A stretch of 64,000 bases of DNA from the human T2T-CHM13v2.0 reference genome, Homo sapiens. The notes below the pieces were generated by a model. The model had not been told where the DNA came from. It ran no database searches and worked only from the letters and a program-made list of their open reading frames with translations. The position numbers and the translations under genes were made by a program. The stretch is from the NCBI RefSeq assembly GCF_009914755.1, contig NC_060940.1; one strand, given 5' to 3'. Numbering within the stretch: position 1 is the stretch's first letter; each line of letters opens with the position of its first letter. Below, piece after piece: positions 25,938 through 39,125 of the stretch.

Positions 25938-27389
25938 ACTCTATGCTTTGTTTCTAGATACTCACTGAACACCAGCTGTGTCCTACTGCTAGGGAGATAA
26001 ATCCATAATGTAACTCTTCTCTAAGGGAAAGGGGGCCACAGAAAAGAGTTTAAGCCTTGAAGCATGAAGACACATGAGTAGGACCTTCCAGACATGCAAT
26101 GGCATGAGTAACAGTGTGGTAGTACGAGACAGCATCCCTATATGGCAGTGGGAACCATCCTGGGACAGAAAGGGTAACCTGGGGAGGAACAAACCCAGCC
26201 AGGAGTGCTCAGAGGGCCACACTGGACCAAGCAAAAGACACTGGGCTGTGTGTTCCCTGTGTCTCCCATTCCCTCAGGATGAGATGGTTTCAAGGAGGCC
26301 ATTTAGAGAGCTGGGCAAACTTTCAAGGCCTGCTTCTTTGTGAACAATCACAGCTGCCCAAACCAAAACGGAAGACAAAGCAGATCTTAGTGTGCCGGCT
26401 TAATGGGAAACATGAGCCATCTGTGAGTGTTCCTTCTAGTTCATTTGCTTCATTGGCAAGTATGAAACAGTGCCGTAAAGATCCAGAGAAATTATGGAAA
26501 TGGGTAGTAACATTAAAATCAGAGTACAATTAGAACATTTCACTGCATAATTGTTTGGCAGGGCCCAAGAGTAAGCAGAGGATTTCCAGCTCTGTGATTT
26601 ATTGGTCACAGGTTGTCTGACTCTTTAGAATCTCCAGGGCCAGGAGCACATTCTGGGGGGTTGCCCCTGAGATGACAATACACTTGTACTATGGTTAGAA
26701 ACTTACATCGTCTTTGTCTGATTCCTGGCAACCCTTCTCCAAGCTGCTGGATCAGCACTGCATGAGCCAAGCAGTGCACCATCCAGATAAAGGGAACATG
26801 CACAGAATCGAGAGAAACCTTAGTACCACACTCCCGTGTCTTTGTCAGAGAACGTGTACCATGTTTGCTTGTAATTAGCACTCTGACAGACGTCAGAGAA
26901 AATGGCTAATCACTGACATGGCCCACAGTGCTTTGTAAGTAAACACCATATTGCAATAGACATGCAATTAATTATACAACCCTCCAATTAAACATGCTTG
27001 AAATGAAAATGGGGTGGGAGAAAAGGTATCAAAACCGCACTGCCAAAAATTCTACTTTTTTCACTCCTCTAAGAAATAATAAATGACTCAACTCTTGAAT
27101 GTCATCAAGCTGTTTCCAGGCATCTCTTGGCTTCAGGCCTGTGGCTGCTACTGTTTCTGGGAAGTTTCGAGCTACTGGAACAAAAGCCTCTTGCATATAT
27201 TCCAAACCCAATGTCTTGACTGTTGTGTGTATAGCATTGGGGGTTCCGTTTTTTCATTTTCTTACAATGCCAGTGTCCCATTTCTGAAATACTGCAGATT
27301 GTGGTACTCATTGTTCATCTCTGTACCCTTCCTTGATGACCTTGACTGGTTGGAACCACTTTAAGGTGTTTAGAAGATTATGCTTATTT

Positions 27390-27646
27390 TCCCACACCCA
27401 ACTGATGTGGCTGTGCATCCACCCAGTCCCCTTTCCCGTGGGTGGGAAGCCTCTGGTGTAAACAACAATTGTAAAGATTTCCCTGGGATCAGGCTGTAGC
27501 TAGACTTCCCAAGAAATCACTTGTTTGTCTAGTTTATGGCTTGCCCTATTCTTTCCTTACTCATTTACAGGTTTCTCCCGAGTTCCCTCACTCAAATGCC
27601 ATGGCCAGGAAGAAAAGGTTCTACTTCTGGGAACCCCACTTAAGAC
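27390..27646 (+). mobile_element. LTR16-type ERVL LTR, 3' part
   Basis: CCCTGGGATCAGGCTG, ACAGGTTTCTCC, end CTTCTGGGAACCCCACTTAAGACA. Confidence 0.6.
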
Positions 27647-29509
27647 AACTACCATATCTTAATATTGATGTTTAAACTACATATGGCAGACTTGTTTTCA
27701 ATCAGGGTGAATGTTTATAAATGTACCACAAAGTGAGTGTTTTGCATCATTTGAATGTGAACAATGGAGGATGTTTAGAAGAAGGGATGCTTGTACGCAA
27801 CTTTGAAAGGATAAGAGGTTCCAGAGAAAATATACAGTAAAGTAGGATGATTGGAACATACTGTGGGCACAGCCATCAACCTGACTAAGCAAGTATTTGA
27901 GTACTTACTGACAGGTACTTAGAAAACAGAAGTGCCGTTGTGCCCTTGAAGTGTTTTGTCTGAGGTAGATGAACACAAAGAAAACATTTGAGCAATATAA
28001 TGCTCAATAATAAAACATATATCAAGTATTACCCATTTGTAAGGTACACTTAATCCTTATTTTTAAAAAGTATGCAGCAATTTATGTTATCGCCATTTTG
28101 CAAATTGAAAAAGAGGCTTAGGGAGGTTAAGCCACTTTGACAATGTCACTTAGCTCACAACAGGTGGAAGTGTGACAATCAGGATCCCAGGCAGGTGTAT
28201 TAACAAGAGAATGACAAGATTAGATGAGGTTCAGGGAACTTACATGAGAAAAGATGGCTTCACAGCTCTACAAGTCCCATAAGCAAGAAAGTAGACCCAG
28301 AAGAGGACAGAAGCATTTCACTGTGTAATATCCAAACTGGCATGCACCACTGATAAGCCAAAGATACTGGCAAAGCTTGTCTGCCTCGCTTTCAGTGTTA
28401 AAGCCTCATTGCTTCTACTGGGAAAACTAATAACATAACAAATGAAACTATTGTTCAGTTTCATTAAAAATAAATCTGATAAGATGGGCAGAATTGAATT
28501 AACCAATCTCAATAGAGTTCTTGTTATTGGAGCAAACGAAATATTCTCTCTAATAGAATAAGTCCTGGTTCATTTTGGCTGGCCTGAGCAGCTCCTTGCT
28601 ACAGATTTGGTTTCCAGCTCTTGGCTCTGGGCAGTCCCACACTAATGTTAGTATTAGCGGGTCAGCATAAGGGATCAGCACGCTAGATCTGGCAAGAGTG
28701 CTGGATGGATCTGCATGACAGATGCAGGGGCCTCCACTACCCTTGGCAGACAAGAAATCTCCTCCCCTCCAAGTAAGTTAGATTTAGGGCCCTAGAGCAT
28801 GCAAGAGAGAAATGGCTCTTGTTCCAGAGAGGGTGAGGTTGGGCTAGAATCCTGGGATGGGCTGCTCTTGGAGTCATGGATGGGAAAAACAGACACTCAG
28901 CATGCCCGCTTGTTTTGGCTGGCTCTAATTGAAGTTAGTGCCAGCAATATTTCTATTCCTTTGTACTGGCTGAAGTTCAAAGGCTCAAGATTGCATAGCT
29001 AAAGGGGAGCATGCAGGTACTTGTGTGAATACACACAGAGAGCACATATACATTTCCATTACTTTCCCCCAAAAAAGGATTTTATGCCGTTTATGAAATA
29101 TACACAGACATAAGATGGAAAAAATTGGGATCCAAGGTAGAAAATAGAGTATTATTGAATGATTAAAATCATCTCTCCAATTACAGAGCTGAATCACTTT
29201 TTTAAAGGCTACAAATTTTACTCCAAGTCCACTAGTGGATGTGGAATATATGCACACACATTTTTTTCCTCCTTGTTCTAGAGGCATTTTTTTAATCCTG
29301 ATCCTTCTGAAGTTTAGTTTTTGCATATTTAAAGAGGAAACTGAATAAAAGTACTAATCAATGAAAGGAGGAAGAAGCAAGTGATGTGTCGAGACAAAGT
29401 AATTTTGTCCAACTCTCCCTGCCAATTCCATTGCCTCCTTTACAATATATCCTCTAACATCACAAAGCCAAGAGTGTGGTGCTCACTATCTTCAGACAAT
29501 TCATGCTCT

Positions 29510-29804
<295 letters not shown>

Positions 29805-29844
29805 TGAGATAAAATTCAGTCATTATAGCAATACAGTTGAGGTG

Positions 29845-30045
29845 GCGTTGTGTGTAAAGGAAGAAATAGTGGGTCTATGTTTCGAATTCTGCCTTTGCTA
29901 GTTTCTCATTGAGTGACATCACCTCTGAGCCTTGGCTTCCCTGTCTGTGAAATGAAGGTTCTAGCTGCCTTTGAGAAGAGCTTCTAGGACTAGATAAGAA
30001 TATGCATCCCAAGTGTCTAGTTGCACATAACTGAGCAATGTGGAT
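29845..30045 (+). mobile_element. MIR
   Basis: CCTCTGAGCCTTGGCTTCCCTGTCTGTGAAATGAAG. Confidence 0.6.
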
Positions 30046-32947
30046 GCATTCCCTCAGTTCACTCACGATTTACACAACACTTCTAAGTACAAAGAATGTA
30101 GCAATAAATAAGCCAGGTCCGTCTCCACTAGAGCTAATGGTTTATTAAGCCATCTGTTCTGTTTATCATCCACATACAGAAACTTCACACGTTAACGAGC
30201 TTGCTTCTAATAATGAATGCAGTTAGGTATCATCTTTTTATTTGGATTTTCACATCTGAATTTGAAAATCTTGTTTATGTTTTAGTCAGGTTAGAGTCGG
30301 GGCAATGGAGAACAAACTGGTTGAGCTGGCTGAGCAGCTAGCTGTATAAAGACTTCACCTCACATTATTTCTTTATCCCTTCACTGTGGTTTAGACAGAC
30401 TCCAGTAGGATTTAATCTTCTCAGCTTCACTACTGGCTGTTTAAGTAAAATAAATTTTAATTTTGTAACTCAGTCCCAGAGAGCCAAGAGGGGTAGCCTT
30501 CTATCGAAATTTCTTCTAAAATTTAAAAAGAAAAAGACAAAACCAGCTGGATTGATAGGATAAGATGGTATATCTTCCCTGATGGTTTAAAGCCATGAAA
30601 CTAAATACTGGCCATGAAAACCTCTGATTTAAAGATATGCTCATGCACATAGAATGCCTAATTAAGAGATTTTGGCTAAGTTAGGATGTAATGTACACAA
30701 CTTGAGACAACTGGTTCGATTTTCAGTATTATTTCCCCTATTCGGACCCTTCTGTGTTTCATACTTTAGACACATTTGTAGCTAGGGCAAGACCCTTTCA
30801 TAAAATTGGGAATATTATCATAATGCAAGAGCCCACAAAGATCTTTAGTGTTGAGTCTTCTTCAAACAGCCTGTGAGAAATAGTATGGTTACATTCATGT
30901 TACAGATTAGAAAACTGATTCACAAAGTAGGCAATGTGTTCAAGGAAGTGCTGTTAATGAGTGAGAAACACAGGGAACTGAGTAAGCACACCAACTTCCA
31001 ACATAGGACTTACCATTAGTATACTTCAGAACCTTCGACAGGTCACCTCTCCATGTAGACATTGCTTTCCCATAGGTCAAGTCTGGGCTACTAGATTTAT
31101 CTCTCAACCACCTATGACACTTAATGATTTAGAGTTTCTGGCAACTTATGTGATACAATGTATTTGCACTGTCACCAAGCTTAAATTTCTTACTGATTCA
31201 GACCAACTGATCATTAGATGTTAGGAAGCAATCCACTATTTAAAAATGTAGATTCCCTCACCATTGGATATGACATTGTTTTAGTATAAGTCTCTTTTGA
31301 GTTAAAAAATTGCAAGACTTGAATACAATAGTATCAGGAAGAAATCAGAACCTGTCTTCCTAAAGACCGAAGCTTAAGCTACATTTGAAATATTTCCTTT
31401 ACTAACTCATATCCATTATTTGGGGCAAGTTTATAGGCTTTATTTCTGAGCTTGAAGTAAATTGTAAATGGGTCAGTGGCTTCCAGAAACAAATCATCGA
31501 CTTGACTGTCTCGCACTCGGTTTTTCTTAAATGCACCTGTGTTGCTTTCTCACTTGTATTTCTCTGGTTTTCACAATATGACTTTCAAAGTTGCTGGAAA
31601 TAATCATTGCATTCCACTCACATGGAGAAATCAAAAGCAAATATAAACTGCTCTCTCAGCTCACTGCTAAATCTAAGCAGACCCAAATGCTGCTAGATAT
31701 TGCTTTGTATGCTGTTAAGATGCAACATCTCTTTGAATGGAATAAACAAGAAAAACCTCCAAGTGGTATGCTATTGCTAAAACATTACTGAGCTGGCAAA
31801 ATTCATAAACTAATATTGCAAAGTAGCCCTTGGCATATGTCATTCTCAGCAATTTGTATTCCCTTTCACTATTTCCTTTCACATACCATCTGTAAAGTAT
31901 ACCGTTTTTCCTCAACAAGAAAGCTGTCTTTCTAGAAGGTTGATTAGAAAAAATAAAGAGGAGTACTTGCTATATTGGTTAATTGCCATAGTGGAAGTAG
32001 TACTTTAGCACCCCAGAGTGTGTAGTTCGGGGTTATATAGGTCAGATGTGGGAGATTGATATAAAAAGGAAAAAAAGTGGAAGCTGTCATATCTCAGTGA
32101 GGAGACACTAGATATTTCTCATCTTCACCAGAAATGGTCATTTTCAAATCTCTGTTGACTAATTAGGATTAAAAAAAAAAGTAGTACCAGTGTCATTATA
32201 CAGGAAAACCTATCTATTCAGTTATTAGAGGGTTGAACTTAAGCCATACTTGTATAATGCCTGTATACAAGGGCCTGGGATGGGGAGTCAGGAGGTCTGG
32301 GTTCATCCACTTAATAGCTTTGTGTCCACACGCAAGTCAATTTCACCCCACCCTCCCAGTCTCGGTAGAATCAATGCAGATAATTAGGAAAGTCTTTCCA
32401 GCTTCGAAGTGCTTTGGCTTATCAAAAGATAACACTTTATTCATTCCTTTGTTCAAATATATATTGAACTTCCATGTGCTAGGCACTGAAAAGACGTCAA
32501 ATTCCTGCTATCATGGGACTGGTGTTCAAATAAAGAGTGAATAAAAGTGTCAAATAGCCACACAAAATAGTTTCAGGTAGGAATAAGTCCATGAAATATA
32601 GTTTTATATAATGGAAATTAAGTAGCTCCGGAGAAGGGTAAATGTTAGTCATTCATTAAGTATATACCAGGACCTGATTATCAACAGAAGTGCTATTGAG
32701 TGTAGTAGTAGCTTCTGCCAGCATTTTGCAATTGTGAGGGAATTTGCTATTTTATAATGTACCTGTGGCAGATAATTGACATTGGAATACAAAGTATTAT
32801 AAATTTCATATGTAGAGATTTTATTGCTTCCAAAATAACGTAGGTATCTATTTTACGAATTTCAGCTTAGGATTGCAAAAGGGGAACTAGATCTTATTTT
32901 TAATGATGAAGGACATTAGGTTTAATAGAATTAAAAACATTGATGTA

Positions 32948-33240
32948 GGTTGGGCACGGTGGCTCATGCCTGTAATCCCAGCACTTTGGGAGGCCAAGGC
33001 GGGTGGTCACCTGAGGTCAGGAGTTTGAGATCAGCCTGGCCAACATGGTGAAACCCCATCTCTACTAAAAATACAAAACTTAGCCGGGCATGGTGGCGGG
33101 CGCCTGTAATCCCAGCTAGTTGTGAGGCTGAGGCAGGAGAATCTCTTGAACCTGGGAGGTGCATGTTGCTGTGAGCCAAGATTGTCACCCAGGCTGGAGT
33201 GCAGTGGCACAGAGCAAGACTCTGTCTCAAAAGAAGTAAA
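32948..33240 (+). mobile_element. Alu, AluSx-type, with 23-bp internal inversion
   Basis: Full dimer; CpG-decayed TSD AAAACATTGAT/AAAATGTTGAT. Confidence 0.94.
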
Positions 33241-33701
33241 TATATAAATCAAAATGTTGATCGAGAACCTTTGTAACTAGAACAATTATGCACCTGGCAT
33301 TCTTGCAAAATGATCTATTTTTAGGCAAAAGTGATGACCAGAAAACATTCCTGTAGAGATACTGAGCACAAATACAAAACTTCAGACGATTGTTCTCTCA
33401 GGTGTCTGTCAGTTTGGGTTGTTACAACAGACTTGGAGACTTCGGGCATTAAGACTTGGAGACTTGATGGAATAAACAAGAAAACTGAGGAAGGAATTAA
33501 GCATCTTTCCAGGAATAGTAGCAGAGGGTCTTTAAGGTTAAGAAACTGTCAAGAACCATGTTTTCCTGCATGGAGAGACCTGCTTGAAGGCAAAGATCAA
33601 AAGTGACATGCAGCGATAGTTCTTCTATTAAGTTATTCAATCGATATTTTTCTGACTAGTATATGCTAGACATTGTGCTGACTCTGGAGATAAATAATGC
33701 C

Positions 33702-34141
33702 TGTACTAGGTTAAATTCTGCCACCTCTCTATTCCTTTCCCCCACTTCCTCCTGAAGATCCATCTGAATATCTTACCACCATCTATGACAAAAAATATAC
33801 TTTGCAGATATGACTAATTTGAGATGAGATTATCTCAGATTATACAAATAAACCCAATGTATTACAGGAGTCTTTGTAAGAGAGAAGGCTAAGATTTGAG
33901 GATGCTACTCAGAGGGCTTTGAAGATGGTTAAGGAGTTACAAAAGCCAAAGAATGTAGACAGCCTCTAGAAGCTAAAAATCAGAAAACAGATTATCCGTT
34001 AGAGCTTCCAGAATAAACTTAGCCCTGCCAACACCTTTTGCTCTGTAAAGCTTGTTTCAGCTTTTGATCTCCCAAACTGTAAGAAATGTGTTGCGTCAAG
34101 TCTCTTAGTTTGTGTTAGAGCAGCAATGGAAAACTGATACA
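33702..34141 (+). mobile_element. MLT1D-type MaLR solo LTR inside an L2 remnant
   Basis: ACTTTGCAGAT, GGCTTTGAAGATGG, CAGCCTCTAGAAGCT, GCAGCAATGGAAAACTGATACA. Confidence 0.8.
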
Positions 34142-34805
34142 AATCCCCTGCCTTAGAATCACAAACCTAGTTGGTGAGACAACCTATTACATTTGTAAAC
34201 AAGTAGAACACAATTTAGAGAATGGCAAGCAGAAATAAAAGAGAAAGAACCCCTGGGTCCAGTTGATTCCCAGGCCCAGATCTTTACCTGTAGCTATTCC
34301 GTCTCAGTATCCTTAATGAATCTTTTTCTAAGTTTTCCAGTTGACCTTCTGTCCCTGTCAAAGTCCTAATGGAATCTACATTAATGCTATTTGAGCTCTG
34401 ATGCTGTTGTGATGACCCTAAGGGAGTTTCTCGAGAAAGTCTCAATATGTTTACCATATTAGACTGCTCTTACTGGAAAATGTTATTTCAATATGCAAGT
34501 ATTTTCAGCAACAATGTTCTGTGTAATCCTTGTTAGACAGTTCCACTAAGTAAACCCTTCAATGCCCTGGGCAAACTAGTTAATCTAAATCCTAATATAT
34601 TCATTCTTTCTCCATTTCCAGTAAAACGAACACCTCCACTGAACACCTACTACATGCTAGGTCTTGGGAAGGTAAGTCAAAATCTCTTCCAAGACTTAGT
34701 AAGGAAAATTTCTTGAACTACTACAAACTGTGTAAAAGCAGCACTGATAATTAACGCTTACCACATTCTACGTGCTAGCCAGTGTTCTAAGCTCTTAAAA
34801 TGCTT

Positions 34806-36617
34806 TGTGTTGTGTTCCTCTGTTTTGTGTTGCTCTGTAGAAATACCATAGGCTGGGTAACCTATAAAGAAAAGTTTATTTGGCTCGTGGTTGGTTCTGC
34901 GAGCTGTACAAGCATGGTACCATCGTTTGCTCAGCTTCTGGTGAGACCTTAGGAAGCTTTTAGTCATGGTGGAAGGGAAGGAGAGCCAGCATGTCACGTA
35001 GTGGGAGATGCCAGGCTCCTTAAAATAACCAGATCTTATGTGAGCTAGCAGAGTAAGAACTCACTCATTATTACAGGAAGAGCACCAAGTCATTTAGGAG
35101 GTATCCGCCCACCATGACCCAAACACCTCCCACTAGGCCCATCTCCAACATTGGAGGTTACATTTCAACATGAGATTTGGAGGGGTCAAACATCTAAATA
35201 ATTTCACCCTTAGTCCCCCAAATCTCATATTCTCCTCACATTGCAAAATACAATCACCCTTTCCCAATGGTCCCCAGAAGTCTCAACTCATTTCAAGTAA
35301 CTCAAAAGTCCAAAGACTCACTTTAGACTCGAAGCAAGTTGTTTCTACATTGAGCCTATGACATCAAAATGAGTTATTTACTTCCAACATACAATGGTGG
35401 TACAGGCATTGGGTAAACATTCCAATTCTAAAAGGAAAATTTACAAAAAAAGGGGTGGTAACAGGACCCATACAAGTCTAAAACCCAGCAGGGCAGAACT
35501 TAAGCCTTAAAGCTCCCAATCCTTAAGACTCCATGTGTCTCCTCCTACACACACACCAGTACAGGGGTTGGGTGCCCAAGGTCTTGGGTATCCCTGCCTC
35601 TGTGGTTCTTCCAGGCTAAGGTTGCATGCTGCTTATAGGCGCCACCATTCTGGGGTGTGGAGGGAAGCCCCATTGCTACAAGCTCCGCTAGACAGTACCC
35701 AGGAAGGGACTCTGTGTGGTGACTCCAACCCCACATTTCCCTGGCACTACCCTAGTACAGTCTCTGCGTAGGAGATCCACACCTGTGGCAGGTTTGCCTG
35801 GGCACCCAAGCTTTCCTATACATCCTAAAGTTTAAGTGGAAGCTGCCAACCCTTCTCCTACATTCTGTATACCCCACGGGCTTACCACCGCATGCAAACC
35901 AGCAAGGACTGTGGTAGCTTACGCTCTCCCAAGTGGCAGCCCAACCTCTACCTGGTGCCCTTTAAGCCACAGATAGAGCTGGAGCAGCAAGGATGGGGTA
36001 GAGAGCAGCTTTGAGGTGGCACAGGGCACCCTAGGCCTGGCCCTGAAATCATTCAGAGCTCCTAGATCTCAGGCCTGTGATGGGAGGGACTGTCCTAAAT
36101 ACCTCTGAAATATTTGAGGACTTGTTCCCATTGTCTTGACTAGTAGCACTTGGCTCCCTTTACTCACTGGTATTTTTATAGCAATGCCCCACTCCTTGGT
36201 ACCAGTTTTCTGTTAGCCTTTTCTAGTGTTGGTATAAAGAAATCCCTGAGGCTGGGCAATTTATAAGAGAAAGGAGATTTGGCTCATGGTTCTGCAGGCT
36301 GTATAAGCATGACACTAGCATCTGCTAGGCTTTTAGTGACCCTCAGGAAGCTTTCTGCTCATGGCAGAACGCAGAGGGGGAAACATGTGTCACGTGGTGA
36401 GAGGGAGCAAGAGGCGGGGTGCCAGCCTCCTTTCAACAACCAGCTCCCATGTTAATTAGCAAAGCAAGAACTTGCTTATTACTACAAGGATGGCACAAAG
36501 ACATCCATGAGGCATCTGTCTCCATGACCCAGATACCTCCCCACCAGGCCCCTCCTCCAAAATTGGAGGTCACGTTTCCATGTGGGATTTGGAGATAAAA
36601 ACATTCAAACCATCTCA
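34806..36617 (-). mobile_element. Two-LTR MSTB-type MaLR element with ~1.0 kb internal region
   Basis: LTRs ~34806-35206 and ~36208-36617 share AAGCATG..CATC..GCT..GCTT..GTGA..AGGAAGCTTT; MST-int sequence between; inserted in a MIR. Confidence 0.85.
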
Positions 36618-37399
36618 GCTGTAGTTGAGGTTACAAATACCCTGATGAGTAGTGAGCATCATTATAACAACTTTACAAAACACAGAAATGCGGCAGAGTT
36701 AAATATGCCCAGCTGGTGAATGATGTCAGCCCTTGCTTTGAGGATCCAGGACCAGGATTAGTAATTGCAGTCTACTATCTTTGGGGTGGGGTTGGGGGTG
36801 GGACCAGGGATTCACAGATGCATGCAACAAAGGGAAGCTTGGGAAGCAAAATAACTGGAAAAGGAGACAAATAGTTTGAGTTTTTCTGGCTAATAATCAA
36901 GTGGGTAGAGGCTGAGGTACACGTAGAGGAAAGCTGTAGGGAGTGACTTACTAGCAGAGCTGCAGCATTTGACTGTTAAGCAATGGAGGTGGAGGAATAG
37001 GCAGAGCCGTGGCTATGACATGCTTCATCTTCCAGGCTAAGGGGTGCTACTTCTGCCCTTGACCCTAATACCTTTGTTAGCAGGTCTGCTAATGCACCTC
37101 ACTGTTGCTAATTTTCTCAGCACCTTGCTCCTGGCAGCTGTCCAATTATCCTCCGACCCAAAATCGATTTGTGTGTGTGCAACTCTGCCTTCCCTGCCTA
37201 GCCGATTGCTTGCTGTGGAAGCACAATTCCTTTTGCCACAAGTTAGAAAAATCCAACTGGGAAGAACAAGAGTGGATCTGAGATATCAAATAGTGTTGTC
37301 ATGCGTCTAATTTGCCATCTTTCATCTTGGCTTCACTCCAGTGCTTCCTTTTCAATCTCTGATAAGGGCCATTCTCTTGGGCTTCCTTGTTTGCTTGCT

Positions 37400-37620
37400 G
37401 TTCATTCATTCATCCATGCAGTCATTCAACAAACATTCACCGAGCATCTCTTATATGGATGCTGCAATATTTGAGGACACAGATAATGAACCCTCTGAGA
37501 GCAAGGGTTGTACTTTATCTAAAGGGAAAGACAAACACAAATTAACAACATGATGTGACCGGCTACAGGAGCAGAAAGACTCAGTGATTTCTCCAACAAA
37601 AAGGCATTAAGGGTGTGGAG
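37400..37620 (-). mobile_element. L2 3' end fragment
   Basis: TTCATTCATTCA..TTCAACAAACATTCACCGAGCA. Confidence 0.6.
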
Positions 37621-37624
37621 CTGT

Positions 37625-38279
37625 TGTACCAGTTAATAAGCTACTGCCTCTTCATTTCAAAGCTACTCTTTTATACTCAGTGTTGCGATGCTGAGGCTGG
37701 GCAAGCCACATTTCTGCTTTTCCAAGTGGCTTCCTGTTAGGTTCTGCTAACGGTGGCCCCAGCAGGAGTCTACAGAGCTGGAGGAGCAAGAAGGTGTCTA
37801 CTCTTGTCTGTTTACTAGTGGCTGCTTCTTTGCTTTGGGTTTCTGTATGCAGCACCCTAGCCTTTTCCTTTTGCTCTGGCTGTACCCATTTGTTCCAGTA
37901 GCAGCAATTGATTCCAGTTAAATTTCTCTAAGACCATCTTCATTATGACCCCTCAGAGATACAGACCTCAGCTGTCCAGTGTCTTCTCCTTGGATAAGAG
38001 GCCCCCTCTTTTAACCTCAGAGAATTCATCAGGAAAAAAAGAGCCCTTACACAGATGTGAGTCCCAGCTCAGCAGGACCCCTTTTCCTCCAAGCCTTTAA
38101 ATTTTAATTCAACAACTCTTTTGTTCCTGCAGCCCTAGGGGTGGTAGCTGCTTTCTACTAGTGATGTTTCAGTGGTTGTTGCCTCTTTAGTTCAATACCT
38201 AGTTAATAATTCTTTATATTAAATTCCCAGTTAAGGTAACTGATGTGGATTCTCTTTCCCAACTAGACTCACTGATTCA
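37625..38279 (+). mobile_element. ERVL-class LTR (MER73/MER74/MER88 group)
   Basis: TGTACC start, CCACATTTCTGCTTT, AGCCCTAGGGGTGGTAGCTGCTT, TCTTTATATTAAATTC, CTGATTCA end. Confidence 0.6.
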
Positions 38280-38619
38280 AGGTCCTAAAGGGTAAGTAGA
38301 AACCCCAAACAAGGAGAATAGTTCAAGGTGACACTTGAAGGAGAGAGTAGTGTGTACTACTAAGACTTCTGTTTGGGTCCAGAAGAACTTTTTTCCAATT
38401 GGACTATACTGCCTTCCAATAGCATAGGCTTTCCAGTCTTCTCATGTATAACGTGAAAAATAATATTTCCATAGCACACTGGCCTAATGAGGAAGTTGCT
38501 TCTATCCATGGTTGGCTCATGAGGAAGAAAGGGACTTACCCAAAGTCATGAGCCACCCAGGTAGCGATACGGTATTTGGTTATGGCAACCCTAAGAAGTT
38601 ATAACTGAACGACAAAAAA

Positions 38620-39125
38620 AATGCTGAGGATATGTTTGCTGTTCATTGCCTGTGGGAATCTAAAGTGGTAAGTGCTATGAAAAACTGGCAGTTCCTCAGT
38701 AGGTTAAACATAGGATTAACGCATGATATAGCAACTCCATCAGCAATTCCAACTTGACCCAAATAGGTATATACACAGAATAATCTAGGACAGGTATTCA
38801 AACAAGCCTGTTCATGAATGTTCATACCAGCACTATTCACAAAGTGTGGAAAACAACCCCCGTGTCCATATATTGCTGAATGGATAAATGAAATGTGGCT
38901 TATCCACACAATGGATATTGTATGGATCCTAGCCATAAAAAGTACTGGTGCATGCTCTGAAACATGAATGAGCCTCAAAAACATTATGCTAAATGGAAGA
39001 TGCAAAGTTCACATATCCAGAATAGGTAAATCCATAGAGACAAAAGGCAGATTAGTGGTGCCAACATCTGGTAGGGGGAGGAGGAAAAGGAGAGTTCTTA
39101 GTGAATAGAGATTGTTGGAGTGGTT
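38620..39125 (+). mobile_element. L1MB 3' fragment
   Basis: GCAGTTCCTC..GTTAAACATAG, TCCAGAATAGGTAAATCCATAGAGAC. Confidence 0.8.

Noticed and set aside
37740-37765. CTCF site in the ERVL LTR
   Set aside because: The corresponding position reads CTAACGGTGGCCC, a poor match to the CTCF core.
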